Assembly (NCBI GenBank): GCA_043228905.1 | Contig: JBHGNT010000009.1 | Span: 10,292,001 to 10,356,000, forward strand | Length of the DNA: 64,000 nt | Origin: Azolla caroliniana | Taxonomy: Eukaryota > Plantae > Polypodiophyta | Direction: 5' to 3' | Shown: positions 50,837 through 64,000 of the stretch, one piece after another | Numbering within the stretch: position 1 is the first letter of the stretch | Layout of the letters: every line of letters starts with the position of its first letter | Translations under genes and position numbers: made by a program | Notes under the pieces: generated by a model | The model's input: only the letters and a program-made list of their open reading frames with translations | Database searches by the model: none | Told to the model about the DNA's origin: nothing

Positions 50837-51714
50837 GTCGAATCTCCTTGTACTCCTCTTTCACGTCCCTTCACCTTCTTCTTTGTCCTTCGATCGATCG
50901 ATCCACCGTGTGAGGTGGTGAGTGTTTTGGATAAGTCGCTCCTTCATTCCATTCCATCCTTTTGCTTTGCTTTGGGTGAGGGGTGTGGGAGGGGGAGGAT
51001 AGGGGTAGGATTGGCAGCCTCAAAATTTATGTATTCAAAATTTCAAAAGCCACTGCCACGTCAGCCCCAGGAAATTCAGCCGAGCAGGCTGAGCTGGCAT
51101 TGCCACGCAGGACGAAGAATCCGACGTGCCAGCACTCGCTCGTCTGACGTGGATGGAGGGGGGGGGGGGAGCTCTCAGGTGTGTGTTTTCACGCGTTCGT
51201 TCGTTCGTTCGTTCCTTTCTCTTTGAAATACAAAAATTTGGATCTCTCTCTTTCTCTCTCTCTCTCGCTATTCCTTGGCTTCTTCTTCTTCTTCTTCTTC
51301 TTCTGCTTCTGCTAAATCCTCCTCCTCCTCCACAACATCCTCTTGCTGTTGCTGCTGCTACCACCAAAATACCCCTCTGTTATCTACCCTTCCGGAACCC
51401 TAATTATCTTCCCCGCCTGCTAAGCCCTCATTCATCGAGGTTCTTCCTCTTCACCCGCCTCCGTTTTCTCTGCTGATTCCTATTTCCCCTCCCATGCTAA
51501 ACTCTAATTCGAAGATCTACAGCATAGATACTCACACGCATTCGCGCACATAAGAACTCTTCCTCTCCCCTTCCTTGTCTGCAATCGTTTAGCTATAATA
51601 CCCCTTTCCTCTTGAATCCTCCGCCTTTCCAGGCAGATCTGTTACAGTCTGTTGAAATGTTCTCGTTGTAATTCCACGCTTCTATGTTGACTATCTCAGT
51701 TTAATAGCTAAGAT

Positions 51715-54700
51715 ATGTCTGCAAGAAAGCAGAGGAGTGGTGGTAGAGGTCATGTGAAAGGAAAAGAGAGGTTCACAGAGCGTGAAGAAGAGTCTGGGAC
51801 AGAAAAGAGCAAGCAAAAGGTTAGTGGAAGTTTTTTTTTACTGACATATGGACGATACCCCTTGTTACAACCACAAGGATTGTGAAAAACGTTTTTTGAA
51901 ATTCTATGCCTGCAAAAGGCAGGCATTCTGTGAGAAGGTTAAAGAATATATCTAGTGCACTTGATGAAAGGGTAGCGTTTTTCTTTTTTCAAATTTGGAG
52001 GTTTTACTCTTTATCATTTATGCTGTAAAATAAATTTTAAACAAATTGAATTTTCTATTTGATTAAAGCAATGCCTTTCAGAACTGGAGGTTTTGTTTTG
52101 TGATCTTATGCATGTTCGATTAAAGCATATGTATTTGTTTTTTTAAATTAGAGATTCTATTTGTCACCGTGAAGTAATATTGAAGTTTCTATGTAAAATT
52201 GCTCTTGTGTACGAGGATGATTGGAAGCAAAATTCATTTATTGGTTGATTAAAGCACATTGTTTCTTTAAAATTGGAGGTTTCATCCACACGTTGTGAAA
52301 TAAGATTTAGGATGCACTGTGGGATTTCTCTTGCACATGAAGATGATGGAAACATGGTTAGCTTTTTATTTGACTAAAGCATTGTGTTTTTCCAAGAGTG
52401 AAGGTTTTATTGCCATTGTGAATTACGGTTTAAGAGGCCATGAAGAATTTCTCTTTTGTGTGGAAAAAAAGCTCAGCTTTGTTGTTTGATTGAAGCATGC
52501 TGTTTTGTAGGTTTATTGACATTAAGAAATGAGATTACAGGAAATTTAACTTGTTTGATTAAAGCATATTGTTTTTTCTTTAAGATCTGAGGCTGCCACT
52601 GTGAAATAAGATTTAGACTAACATGTTTTTTTTAGTATTTTTCGAAATTGGAGGCTTTATTGTCATAACATGTTTGTGATGGTGAAACACGATGACTGTA
52701 TGTGAAGTGGTTTATTGTGTTCAGGAGGTTTTTATTCTAATTCAGTGTACATTATGGTGACATCTTGACCTTGAATTCACAGAAAAGGAAACTTTCGGAT
52801 TTATTGGGTCCTCCATGGTCAGAGGAGGATCTCAAGCATTTTTATCAGTCTTATCGCCACCATGGAAGAGACTGGAAAAAGGTATTTATTTGTTTAATAT
52901 TCTTGTTGACAGGTGTCAATGACATTCTAATGTGAAACAGTATGCAAAATTGAGCCCCTAAAGTGATGTAAAACTTGTCTTCTTTGTGACATGATGGTAG
53001 TGCAACTATGTGTAACTGTAAAAAGTATTGGTCATTTGAGTACCAATCACCAACATTAAAACACGTTTTCTGTAGCATCTATTTATATCATATCCTTTTC
53101 TTTATCTATAAGTATTTGGTATTTGCTAAATCCTGAGATTAAATAGTAAATATTTACATTTATAGTGATTAATGTTTTGTGGTTATGATATAAAGGTGGC
53201 AGCTTCATTCCAAAATCGAACAGTGGAAATGGTTGAAGTTCTTTACAAAATGAATAAGGTATATTTTTTTTTATGAGCAAGTTGTATCAGCTTTCATTTA
53301 TTTATGTTCCCTATGGCTAATTATTCACTGAAATCAGGTAACATGGCATTTATGGTGTTTTCAAGTGAACTATCTCAAAAAGATTTAATGCTATAGCTCT
53401 CAATTATGTCTATGAGTTATGGTGATTTGAAACTGGGAATACGTCTATTAACATCTGCAATATTCAATAATGGAATGCAATGTACCCATTACTTTGGTCC
53501 CCATGCAGATCTACAAAATGCTGTAAAATTTCAAAGCTACACATAAAAAAAATCAAGATATGAGGGGTATGATAATAGCCTTGGGTTTGATAATAATGCT
53601 CACTGTCTATGTACTTAATTCTATCTATGTTCAGATCACAATTTGTTCTGTGGTTTCCTGGCCTCGACTCTTGGAATAATCATACATCTAATGTGATACA
53701 AAATGTCGTCCAAACTATTTACACATTTTTTGGTTTAGGATTTGTGTTTTGAGTATGAAAGCCAGATATATAATGGTCTGACTTTCTCTAAGTTGATTGG
53801 AAAATAGCATTCTTTGATTGCAAGTATTTCTTCAACATATTTGTGTATGGATGTGTTTCTTTTAGTTGGTTTTACTATTTTCTTCTTGGAGTTTTCGTTT
53901 TCATTTATAACCATTTTCATTTCCTCAGGCTTTTTCCATTTCTACTTAATGATATTTGCAAATTGTAGGCACCTTTGCCTACTAACACTTCTCCTGTTGT
54001 TATTTTCCATTTCTAGGCTTATTTATCCCTACCCGAGGGAGCTGCATCGGCTGCAGGACTCATAGCAATGATGACTGATCATTGCAATATTTTGGTTGGT
54101 TAGCTTGTCTTTCTTTATCTGTGATCCCATGCATAATTATAGAATCTTAGACCTGAATCTTACATGATTTCTACTATTTGATTAGGAGGAAAGCAATAGC
54201 TTTGGTGATGATGATGATGACAGTAGCAAGGAAATTTTAGGCTCACCTCAACCTAATCCAATTCTTTCACGGTCTCGAAACACATCACCCATGCCGAGGC
54301 CTGTCAATAGATCCAAATTTGTGCCACAGGTATCTGGGATATCCAGCTATGGAGGGCCATCACCTTCAAAGAAGCCACGAACTGTTGCTAGTATGTTATT
54401 TGATTTTCGTTGGAAATTGCATAACCTTCCTTTCCCATATTAATTTGAGAAATGATTACTTATTGGGTTTTCTTTGCAGTGAATCGACCCAGAGCAGTTG
54501 GGAAGAGGACACCTCGGGTTCCAATAATGCATTTTCAAGATAGAAAATCATCTGAAAAATTGTTGATTGTGGATCCAATGGAAGATCAAGAACAAGATTC
54601 GTTCGGAGAATGTGACGAAATGAAAGTAGCATTAACATTAGCGGCCTCGGCTTCTCAGAGGGTTGCTTCTCCTCAAATTTCTCGCACCCCTCTATGTAAT

Positions 54701-57700
54701 GCTAGTCAATGGAGAAATTCACCTGCTCAAAATGGCTGCAATAAACATGTTGTCAATACAGGATCAGAAAGCTCTGATAACAACAATACTGGTTCTAATA
54801 TGGATGGCAGAGAAGATGGAGAAAGTGAAGAAAGCAGGGATATCGAGAGTGACATAGTGACCAGAGGAATCACGGATTCTCGGAAAAGATATATGCATAT
54901 TGGAGAAGGAAAAAGTAGGACACGAAGAATCCCTAAATCTCTGTCGAGAAAGGGGAAACTACAAGGATTTGACAAGCTTAGATCGGATGATTTGAAGGAA
55001 GAATGCAGCTGCACAGATGAAGGAACGAAAAAACGAGAAGATGTGAAAATGGGTGATGGGTTCGTCAATGAACATGCATCCAAAAAGAAGAGGCTGCCCT
55101 CTCAGAAGACTAAAAACCGAAGTAGGCAATTGTTTTGTGGAGGTAAGCTATTCTTCATTTGTATTTGGGAATGCTGGTAGTTATAGGCACCTTGTTGATG
55201 TGATCCGCATTTTTTTTATTTCATAAACAGGAGAGGAAAGTAGTGTACAGGTTTTGAGTAATACTTCGTTTGTATTGGAATTTTGCCAGTGTTAGAGCAT
55301 TGCTCGTATGATCCTCAAAATGTTTTATTTGCTTGAGTGTGAGCTGAGATAAGTGTCAAGCTTTCAATTTTAAGTTCAATGTCTTTTGGGCGTATTTTTC
55401 AGATGAAAGAAATGGGCTTGATGCATTAGCAACTTTGGCAGATTTGTGTTTTCTTCCATCACCTAGACGTGAATCAGGTCTGTTGGTTTAATTTTTACTT
55501 TCTGCCAGAATGGTATGATCTGACAAGGAAGTAGTATACTTGGTGTCTAGGTTTACTTTTTCACATGTATGCCAAGTAGTAATTACATCGAAACAATTAA
55601 GAATATCCATTTGCACAGTTATTTATTATTCTTATACTCATGAAAATCGCTGAGGTAATAGACATTCCTTCCTGGAAGCGTTTCAAGCCAAATAAAGATG
55701 CTACAACTAAGAGGGTGGGTTTGTCAGCAGGAGATAATCAAGCTTCACATGCTCACATATCGTATGGTCCATCCAAGGGCATAGCAAATATGAATTCAAA
55801 AGATGGTTTGCAGGGCAGATCAAAGGAGTCCTTTGCCAGACTTAATGTTAATGGAAAAATGATTGAATCAGAAACTCAGAAATCAGCAGAACTTAGGAAA
55901 AGGAAAAGGAGAGTTGTTTCTGACAAGGTGTGTGTCTTTACCACCATCTTAGGAGAGTTTCTTTTTTATGGTTATGTTAGTCATTTATTGAGTTTAAACT
56001 CAATGTTTTTTGTAGAGAGATCAGTTTTCAGATGGTAATGGAGAACTTGAGGAGAAGGTAAATATGAAGGTTATGATAGCGCATTCTCATTACGTGCATG
56101 AATGTACTCTTCTTGTATTTTGTTCTAAACTTGTTTATCTGTTTAACTAATAAGGTTTCTCTACATTCCGAGGAACTGATCAACCAAATGAAAGCAAAGC
56201 GTACTTTCTTAGGACAAACCCCATCTAAATATGTGGGACGACCTGTTAAGCAGGAGCCTGAAACCCAAGAAGTTCATGTAGGGGAATTTAAACTAAAACA
56301 AGTGCCTATGTTAGATGTTGTAAAGCTTCCTCTAAAGCAGAGAACCCAAAGGAAGACTAAATATGCCAAGGAATCAGTGAGAACATGTATTCCTCACTCT
56401 GTTCTAGAAGAAAATTCCAGTGATCAGGTACACAATGTGAAGCTAGATGGACTTTCTGTTGCTTAAACTTTTGAAATTTGGAAAATCTTGTTGTTTTCTT
56501 CTCTTCTTGGCTGATTTAATTTATATTTCCTGTCTTTTGTTGTCTCAACAGATCAGCCTTCTTCATTGTCTCTCATCTGAGAAAGTTCGGCAGTGGTGTA
56601 TTTACGAATGGTTTTACAGTGCCATAGACCTTCCCTGGTTTGCACAAAATGAATTTGTTGAATATCTCAACCATGCTGGCCTTGGGCATGTGCCAAGACT
56701 TACTAGGGCTGAATGGGGTGTCATACGTGGGTATGCTAAATTCTTTTTGTGTGCATAGGTTAAGAATCATATGAAGAATTTCACATAATGTATTTGAAGG
56801 GATTTAATGCAGATCTCTTGGAAAGCCACGTCGACTGTCAAAAAGATTTCTAGAGGAAGAAAGAGAGAAACTTGAAACGTACCGAAATTTGGTTCGAAAG
56901 CATTATCAAGACATTCGAATGGGACACTTAGGAGGTCTTCCTATAGATCTTCCTAGACCTTTAACAGTAGGTCAACGGGTTATTGCACGACATCCAAAGA
57001 CAAAAGAACACTGTAAAGGGAGCATCCTTACTGTTGACTGGAATAAGTGCAGGGTTCAATTTGAACTTCAGGAAATGGGTGTAGAAGTAGTTGCTGTATG
57101 TCTTCTTTCCTTTATAGATAAACTTTGAAGTTTGGTATTCTTTAGCCAAGTTTTTTTTTGCATCTCTTATTTGTTTTCCTTCCTTGAAAACAGGACGTTG
57201 ATTGTATGCCAATCAATAGTTTGGAGAATGTGTCAGACATATTGCTCCAAAAGAGCAGCCATGTTGATCAAGGAAATCACATTGAGGATTCCAAGTTCGA
57301 TGTGCAGTCCTTGGTAATCCGACCTGCGCTCAAAAGTTCTCTAAATGAAAGACATGATAAACATGAAAGTGTTCCTGGAACAAATTCATCAAGCTCTTTA
57401 CTAAATGCACTTTGTAATCAAGCTCAGGTATCTAAATGTCACATAGATATCTATATTTATTAATAACCAATATTCCCAAACATGACGATTCAGTAAAAGT
57501 GTTGTGTCCTTTGTGGAGCAGGCAGCAGACACAGCAGATTCTGTTATGCAAGTCAAGATGGCAGCAAATGAAGCTGTGTTCGCTGCTCAGCAAGCAGTAT
57601 ATAATCAGCCATTATCATCATTACAGGTTCAAGCTAGAGAAGCAGATATCAGAGCACTTGCAGATTTAACTCGAGCCCTCGACAAGAAGGTGATTGAGTG

Positions 57701-59164
57701 CATTTACATATTTGTGAAAATTTATTGTTTGCTGCAAATAGTGTACTTTCTGGAGACGATCAACATCATGAGTTCTGTTAATCTCCCAAGGCTAATACAA
57801 AGATTACAAAGGAGATTGCAAACCACCAGTAAGAAATCCCTGTTCACACTGATTGCTATGAACCAGGACTAACGACAAGTATTTATATGAATCATAATTA
57901 GGATAAAATGTGTGATCAATGAATCAAAGATAGCATTAACTTAGTATTAAAGATAGATATTAATTAGAGAGGGGTGGCTTTATAGCTTTAGCCCAACCTC
58001 AACTCCTTGCAGCATGTTATGCCTTCAAATGTTGGTCTTTCACAACTATATTCATGGAGCTTCAGTGCTGCCATAGCCGCCTTTCTGGCCATTCAGTCTA
58101 GACCTAACTTGATATATGAATATGATGTGTAGGAAGCTATACTCCTGGAACTGCGGAATATGAATGACGATGTTGCCTCGAATAAAAAAGATGGAGATGT
58201 TGTCCGCAGATCAGATATGTTCCAGAAGCATTATGCTACATTGCTTCTCCAAATTAAAGAAGTGAACCAACAGGTGTGATATACTATGATGATCTGTTGT
58301 TTTATGCTGGTTTATCCATGTATTTGATAACTCATCATTTGCCCTCTTTGTCACTTTTTCCTGCATAGGTTTGTGAAGCTTTGTTGCATTTGAGACAGCG
58401 TAACAAATATCGGGAGAATTGTATGCCACCATGGCAACGGCAGACAGTGCAGCACTCGACAGGAAGTACCCATTCAGGAAGTCTAGAAGCAACCAATCTA
58501 TCACTTGAACAGTTTCCGCTTGCAAGAGAAGTAACAATGAATGCAAAAGAACAAGCTAAACTAATGGTGAATAGTGCTGTGGAGACTATGCTTTATGTTA
58601 AAGAGGGAGAAGATGCTTTATCCAAGATTGATATGACACTCAGCCAGCTGCCAAAGAATCCAAATTTGTTTGTATCTCATGCCAAAATTGGGAAGGTTGA
58701 TACTTCGGTACCGAATGGTGGCTGCAACAGCACAGGTTTTCAAGATTGGACGAATCCTGATCTGCCACAAGGTGCTACAAAGCAAGGGAGTACTTGGAAA
58801 GAACCTATGTGTCTTGCCGATCTCATGTCAACTTGCGTTGCTACTCTTCTGATGGTTCAGGTGAAACGTTATCTTTGACTCTTATTCTAGACTACTTTGC
58901 TTGATACTAGATAAGCGGTTGCTTGTATATGAATGATTGTATCAATTGTTTGATAATCTACAGGCATTTACGGAAAGGCAGTATCCTCCAGCGGAGATAG
59001 CTATGGCTTTTGATTCTGTTCTTGTGGGTTTGCAGCCTTGTTCTTCGCAGAACTATCCAATCTACACTGAGATACAACATTATGCAAGCCTTCTTAAGAA
59101 CCAAATAATTGCTCTCATCCCAACACAATCCTTGCATTCGGATTGTCCACTTCCGCATTCTTAG
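51715..59164 (+). CDS. ALY: ALWAYS EARLY / LIN-9 homolog (SANT-Myb + DIRP; DREAM complex subunit)
   Basis: Predicted GT-AG exons: 51715-51819, 52783-52881, 53196-53258, 54017-54094, 54186-54390, 54480-55142, 55403-55477, 55662-55927, 56155-56427, 56552-56730, 56813-57095, 57194-57427, 57522-57689, 58133-58273, 58369-58860, 58964-59164. Motifs [48 protein letters not shown]...[18 protein letters not shown] and [11 protein letters not shown]. Confidence 0.9.
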
Positions 59165-61364
59165 AAAGTTATCAAATTGTACAACAAATCATTCCATTTT
59201 ATAAATAAGGTTGTGGAACAGCTTGTTTCATATGGCTTATCAGCATTGTCCTCCCACCATTTGGCTTTGTACAATGCTTTTATGTCTTCCAGCTACAATA
59301 ACCTCTGGGGTTAGCATCAATATAATCACTGTATTCTTCCTCCATACAGGACATTGTAAGATTTTCATTTGATTAGAGTATCTGTTTGCATTAGGGTATC
59401 AATTCCCAGCGTTCTTGTATTTAAAGCATCCCCTTTGGTTGTACATCAAAGTTCATTTTGTCACAATTTTGGGTCTATTGTATCAAAACGAAATATTTTA
59501 GTGTAAAGAGTATTTTTTTTCTTTGAATGAGCAAGACACCCAAAGTAACTACTTGCACAGAAAATATATCTATTGCCAGCTTTGTGAGGATGTGAATTTT
59601 AGTAAAATTGGAAATTTGTTTGATTGGATAATAAGGTAGCCCTTCCGCCTTGTGTTTGGATCCATCTGTTGATAGTACTTGATTGCCATGGCATGTTAAA
59701 AATTGTGTTGGAAATACTAGGGTTGCCATCAAAGTTTTGGATGAGGTCAACAGTCACATGAGTAGTGCCATACAATACAATATCTTACAAAGTCATCAAT
59801 AAATTTTGGATGAAATGATTTGTAGTTAAGTCATACCACGTTAAAGTTTATCATATTACAAGGCCAAGGCTAGTTTCACAAGTCTTGGAAGGTGGATGTG
59901 GTGCTGATATTGATAAATGATTGGCAACAATAAGGTAACATTGCAAAAAGTGTTGAGATTCACACATGTTGGCATCATGCTTTGTGAATTTGAACTCTCA
60001 TGCGATTGATTATCACATGATTTTTTTTTGGACCTTCCATGATTTGACAACACTTTGATAGGTATGTGTTTGCTTTGTGAACCAAGTCTAATATCTTAAA
60101 GGAATGCATCACGCATGGTTTATGAGTATCTATTTTAAATATATGGCACAAACAAGTTATAAAACTTCTTTAATTTGCATTTGGTGAGGTATAAATGAGA
60201 GTAATTACCAAAAACCAATGAAAGCAACAATCATGTATGTAGAAATGGACAAAAATGCTATAACGCTTTTGTTAGCTTGTGTGGTTCTAGAAATTTGCCT
60301 TGAAGATTTCTAGTTTGTTTTTATGCATGCCACTAGATTTTGTCGTCCCTTTATATTACATGAAACCTCAAGACAACAGTAGATATTATGGCTATCTAGA
60401 CTCTCTTGAGCACATGGATGTCCATGGATTGCTGATTTAGTATATAGCCAATTGATTGTTGTACAAGACAAGAAAAAAGGAGCTTCCATGAGGGTAGGTA
60501 GCCCCTAATGGGCCATGGATTCCTCTGTCTATTTATGCCAAGAAAACAATCATCTCATGCTTGGCCATGAACCAATGAATAAGCCCCTCGATCTATGTCT
60601 TGCCTATCCACTTTTGTATGGCAAACCAATTGAATGATGGGGCGTTGCAACAAATCAAATGCTTTTTAGAGAGCCTCGTCTCACCGACCAACAATATCAC
60701 ATTGAACATGAGAATCAATAGGCTAGTTAGTACAATCTAGATGGGCCGCAAGAAGAGACATCATCATCACAACTACACTAGTAACCGTCGAACCCTTATG
60801 ATATATATAATATATCGAACTTATAGTGATTCCACATGAAGGAGCATCGTAAGGGAGTTGAATTTGTTCAGTCCACACGGAAGTAGCAATATCACGTTAC
60901 GTTGGGGAAGTGAGGAAAGGCGTTTGCGTAATGCTGAGTTGGGTCAAGAAATGTGTAATGTATATGTATGTACATCGATCCATGAGGAGGGAGGGTGCAA
61001 AGATGTTTATGGAGGAGAAGGAGAGATTCAATTGAGACCACCTGCAATTCCATTCATTCCTTATATTATTAATTATGTATTATTATTATTATTATTATTA
61101 TTTGTCCTTCCCTCCCTTTCTTATTTCCTTTTTGTTATCACGCCAGAAAACCAAATTTAGGGTTAGTTATTTTAGGCTTTCTTGCAGAGCTCGCCATCGC
61201 CAGTGGAGCAGACATATCATACGGACACGCAGATTGACGATCCGATCCGATCCGATCCGATCCGACCCGACCTTCTCCTCCTCCTCCTCCTCCTCCTTCT
61301 AACACAGGTGTGTACACATTCTTTCTTCTACTTCTCCTTCGTCTTCAGAGTGTTTGCACCGCCC

Positions 61365-63843
61365 ATGGATGTCCTTTCGGCCATCGATTCTCTCTCTGAG
61401 AGACGGGAGAGGCTTCGTACAGCTTTCTCTGCGCTCGAATGCAAGCAAAACGCCATGATTCTGAGCAATTTCGGGGCGAATTGGAACGATGTGGAAGTTT
61501 ACCTCAATGAGGTTGAGAAACGTCTGCGTGTTTCTCTGCTCGACATCGTTTCAAAAGAAACGTCCATTAAAGAGAGAGAGCGAGAGGCCAAGGAGGCTCT
61601 CGCGGAGAGAGAAACGGGCATTTCTCGGAGAGAGCAAGCTTCACTTGCTCTCGTCCAGGAGAAGAAGGATGCTGCGGTTGCAAGCATCCTTGAGGCGAAA
61701 CGTAAATGGAATAATGAGCAGTGGAGAGATGAAGAAGGGGAGGAGGAGGAAGAGAAAGGTAAGAAGAAGGGGAAAAAGGAAAATGAAAAACAAAAGCAAA
61801 ACGAGAAGGTGAATGAAAAGCAAAATCAGAAGGAGGAGATTGAAAATGGAAAGCAAAAACAAAAAGAAGAGGAGGAGAAGAAAAAGAAGAAGGAAACTGA
61901 AAGAGAGAGAGAGAATCTAGTGCAAAAACAAAACGAGAAGAAGGAGATGGATGACAAAAGCTGTATAAACACAAAACCTTCAAAGGTGGATGAGGGAGTG
62001 GAGGAGAAAAGCTTTAAGAAAACGGAAACTTTGAAAGCTGAGGAAGTGGAATGTGATGATGAGAAGCATGTTCAAAGAAGAAGAAGGGAGGAGGAAATCT
62101 TTGCTAAAAAGGAAGCTTTAAAGGCTAAATCTGACAACAATAAACCACATCAAAACTCAATTGCTGGTACCCAAAATCACTTATCTTTGGATGTAGATGC
62201 CACGTCTAATGCTGAAAAGCCAGCCTTTAATGGTAAGGTACTCAGTCTCAGTGGCCTTCTTACAAAAGAGGCAAATAGCACATCGGTTGATGAGGTTCTA
62301 AAGCCTCGGCCAATGTTGAAATCCTTGTGCGAGGCTATGGACTCAGAAAAATTAAGGATTTTTATTGCTGATCGGCGCAAGGACCTAAATGGTATCAGTG
62401 CCGAGCTTCCTTTTGCACTAAAATCTGCACCACATCCTGCAGTACTAGTGCTCAAAGCCTTGGAAGGCTATCATCCTCCCGAGGGCCAGAGTTCTGTCTC
62501 AGTCCTGAAGAAGGAAGCTTCTTCTCTATTACTTGCTAATAAGCGAGCCTGTGTGATATTATTGGAATCACTTGCCGATGTGATGAAGGATAGAGATGAG
62601 CTTTCAGAAGAATTGAAGAAGTCAGCTCAGCGGATTGCTGACTCCTGGAAGTCTAAGATCAACTTGCAAGTTGACTTGACTTCCAATCAAGCTATCGAAG
62701 CTCAGAGCCTTTTGCAACTTTTGGCAACTTTTGGTCTGGCTTCGGAATATGACCCTGATGAGCTTTGCAAGCTTGTTATTCCCATCACACGGCGTAGGCA
62801 GACACCCTCTCTTTGCCGAACCCTTGGTTTGTCATCGAAAGTTCCAGGTTTGTCCTTTGTCGTGACAAAGCACAATCTGATGCTTTGCTTTTAAAAAACA
62901 AAGCTGTCTGCCTATTTGTATCAGACTTGATCATGTTGGAGCGCAATAATGCATTCTTCTTTGGCTATTTTCTTGGAAAATAGTTATTGTTTTGTTTGAT
63001 TTGTGTTTTCATTGTTGTCGAATTGTGCATTTTTTATTATCTTATATTTATTTATATATTTATATATTATGTTTGAGTGGCAGATATTATTGAGAGACTC
63101 ATAAAAGATGGGAAACAAATCGAGGCCATTGCTTTTGCTACTGAATTCGATCTTTTGGAGAGGTTTCCACCAGTTCCATTGCTAAAGACATATCTAAAGG
63201 ATTCTCGGAGAGTTGTCCAGAACACACCGAAGGGTCAGGTAAGAATTCCTGCACTCATGATTTTGTGTACAAAGTCATTGCTTAAGCAGACTAATTATGA
63301 ATTGATAATTATAATGACCCACAGAATGATGCTAATCACAAGGAGTTATCAGCACTAAAGGTTGTTTTGAAGGCAATAAATGATCTGAAGCTTGAAGAGA
63401 AGTATCCATCGGCACCACTTGAAAAAAGAATTGCACAACTAGAGAAAGCAAAGGCAGACAAAAAACGTACGGCTGGTACAGCCAGACCACAACAAATGAA
63501 AAGACCTAGAACAAATGTTAACTTCGGTAGTACTTCAAGAGATATGGTTCATGATAAGCCTTTCTATCAAGGAAGAGTTGCATATGGAGAACCTGTTTTA
63601 CCTTACAATGCAACAACCACCCACACTGGTTATGATCGTCATCTTTTAAATGGTTACAGTTCTACATATGCTGGTGGTGCACCTAGAAGAAGCCCTGTTT
63701 CAATGCAAAGCTCATATATCTATCCTTCTGATGCTATTGCTTCTCTTGGTTATGGATCATCAGCGTATGCTAGTACTAATGCACCATATAGTAGTTATGC
63801 CTATGGTTCTGGTTTACCATCTGGGTACCAATCATATCACTAA
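61365..63843 (+). CDS. FRL: FRIGIDA-like protein
   Basis: Exons 61365-62847, 63084-63238 and 63325-63843. Motifs LCEAMD, PAVLVLKALEGY, RACVILLE, EAQSLLQLLATFG, FPPVPLLKTYL and LEKRIAQLEKAKADKKR; Tyr/Ser-rich tail. Confidence 0.88.
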
Positions 63844-64000
63844 AAACGTGGTTGATTTGTACTCTCCATGGATAAATCATTCGCTGCAAGGAAAAGGAGT
63901 AGAAGCAAGTGCTATATGACCTCATTGAGGTCAATGCTCTTTACCCTGTGATAATGCTTATCAATATGTTAATATCACAAATTTGAATGCTGGCACTTGA

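Noticed and set aside
50700-51476. Short ORFs upstream of ALY
   Set aside because: Low-complexity promoter/5' UTR sequence with no recognisable domain.
61182-61364. N-terminal extension of the 570-aa ORF
   Set aside because: Starts at a non-ATG codon and crosses a probable 5' UTR intron and simple repeats; the ATG at 61365 fits FRL homology.

Overview
Eukaryotic, plant nuclear DNA. The element families and genes suggest a non-seed land plant such as a fern, but this is inference only. Positions 1-28 kb and 32-49 kb are a deeply nested cluster of decayed retrotransposons: Ty3/gypsy, Ty1/copia, LINEs, and solo LTRs with target-site duplications (TSDs). Three host genes are present: an intronless SET-domain methyltransferase (29.3-30.8 kb, minus), a multi-exon ALWAYS EARLY/LIN-9 (Myb + DIRP) gene (51.7-59.2 kb) and a FRIGIDA-like gene (61.4-63.8 kb). 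The most unusual signals are four. (1) Two LTR families with dissimilar LTR sequences have primer-binding sites complementary to their own LTR just downstream of the TATA box, i.e. tRNA-independent, Tf1-type self-priming. (2) A chromovirus composite has four LTRs in head-to-head and tail-to-tail inverted arrangement, mismatched 5'/3' LTRs and a ~2.5 kb spacerless fold-back. (3) There are two -1 ribosomal frameshift signatures, one of them downstream of the protease. (4) Several insertion junctions are non-canonical. All coordinates were read by eye and may be off by a few bases.
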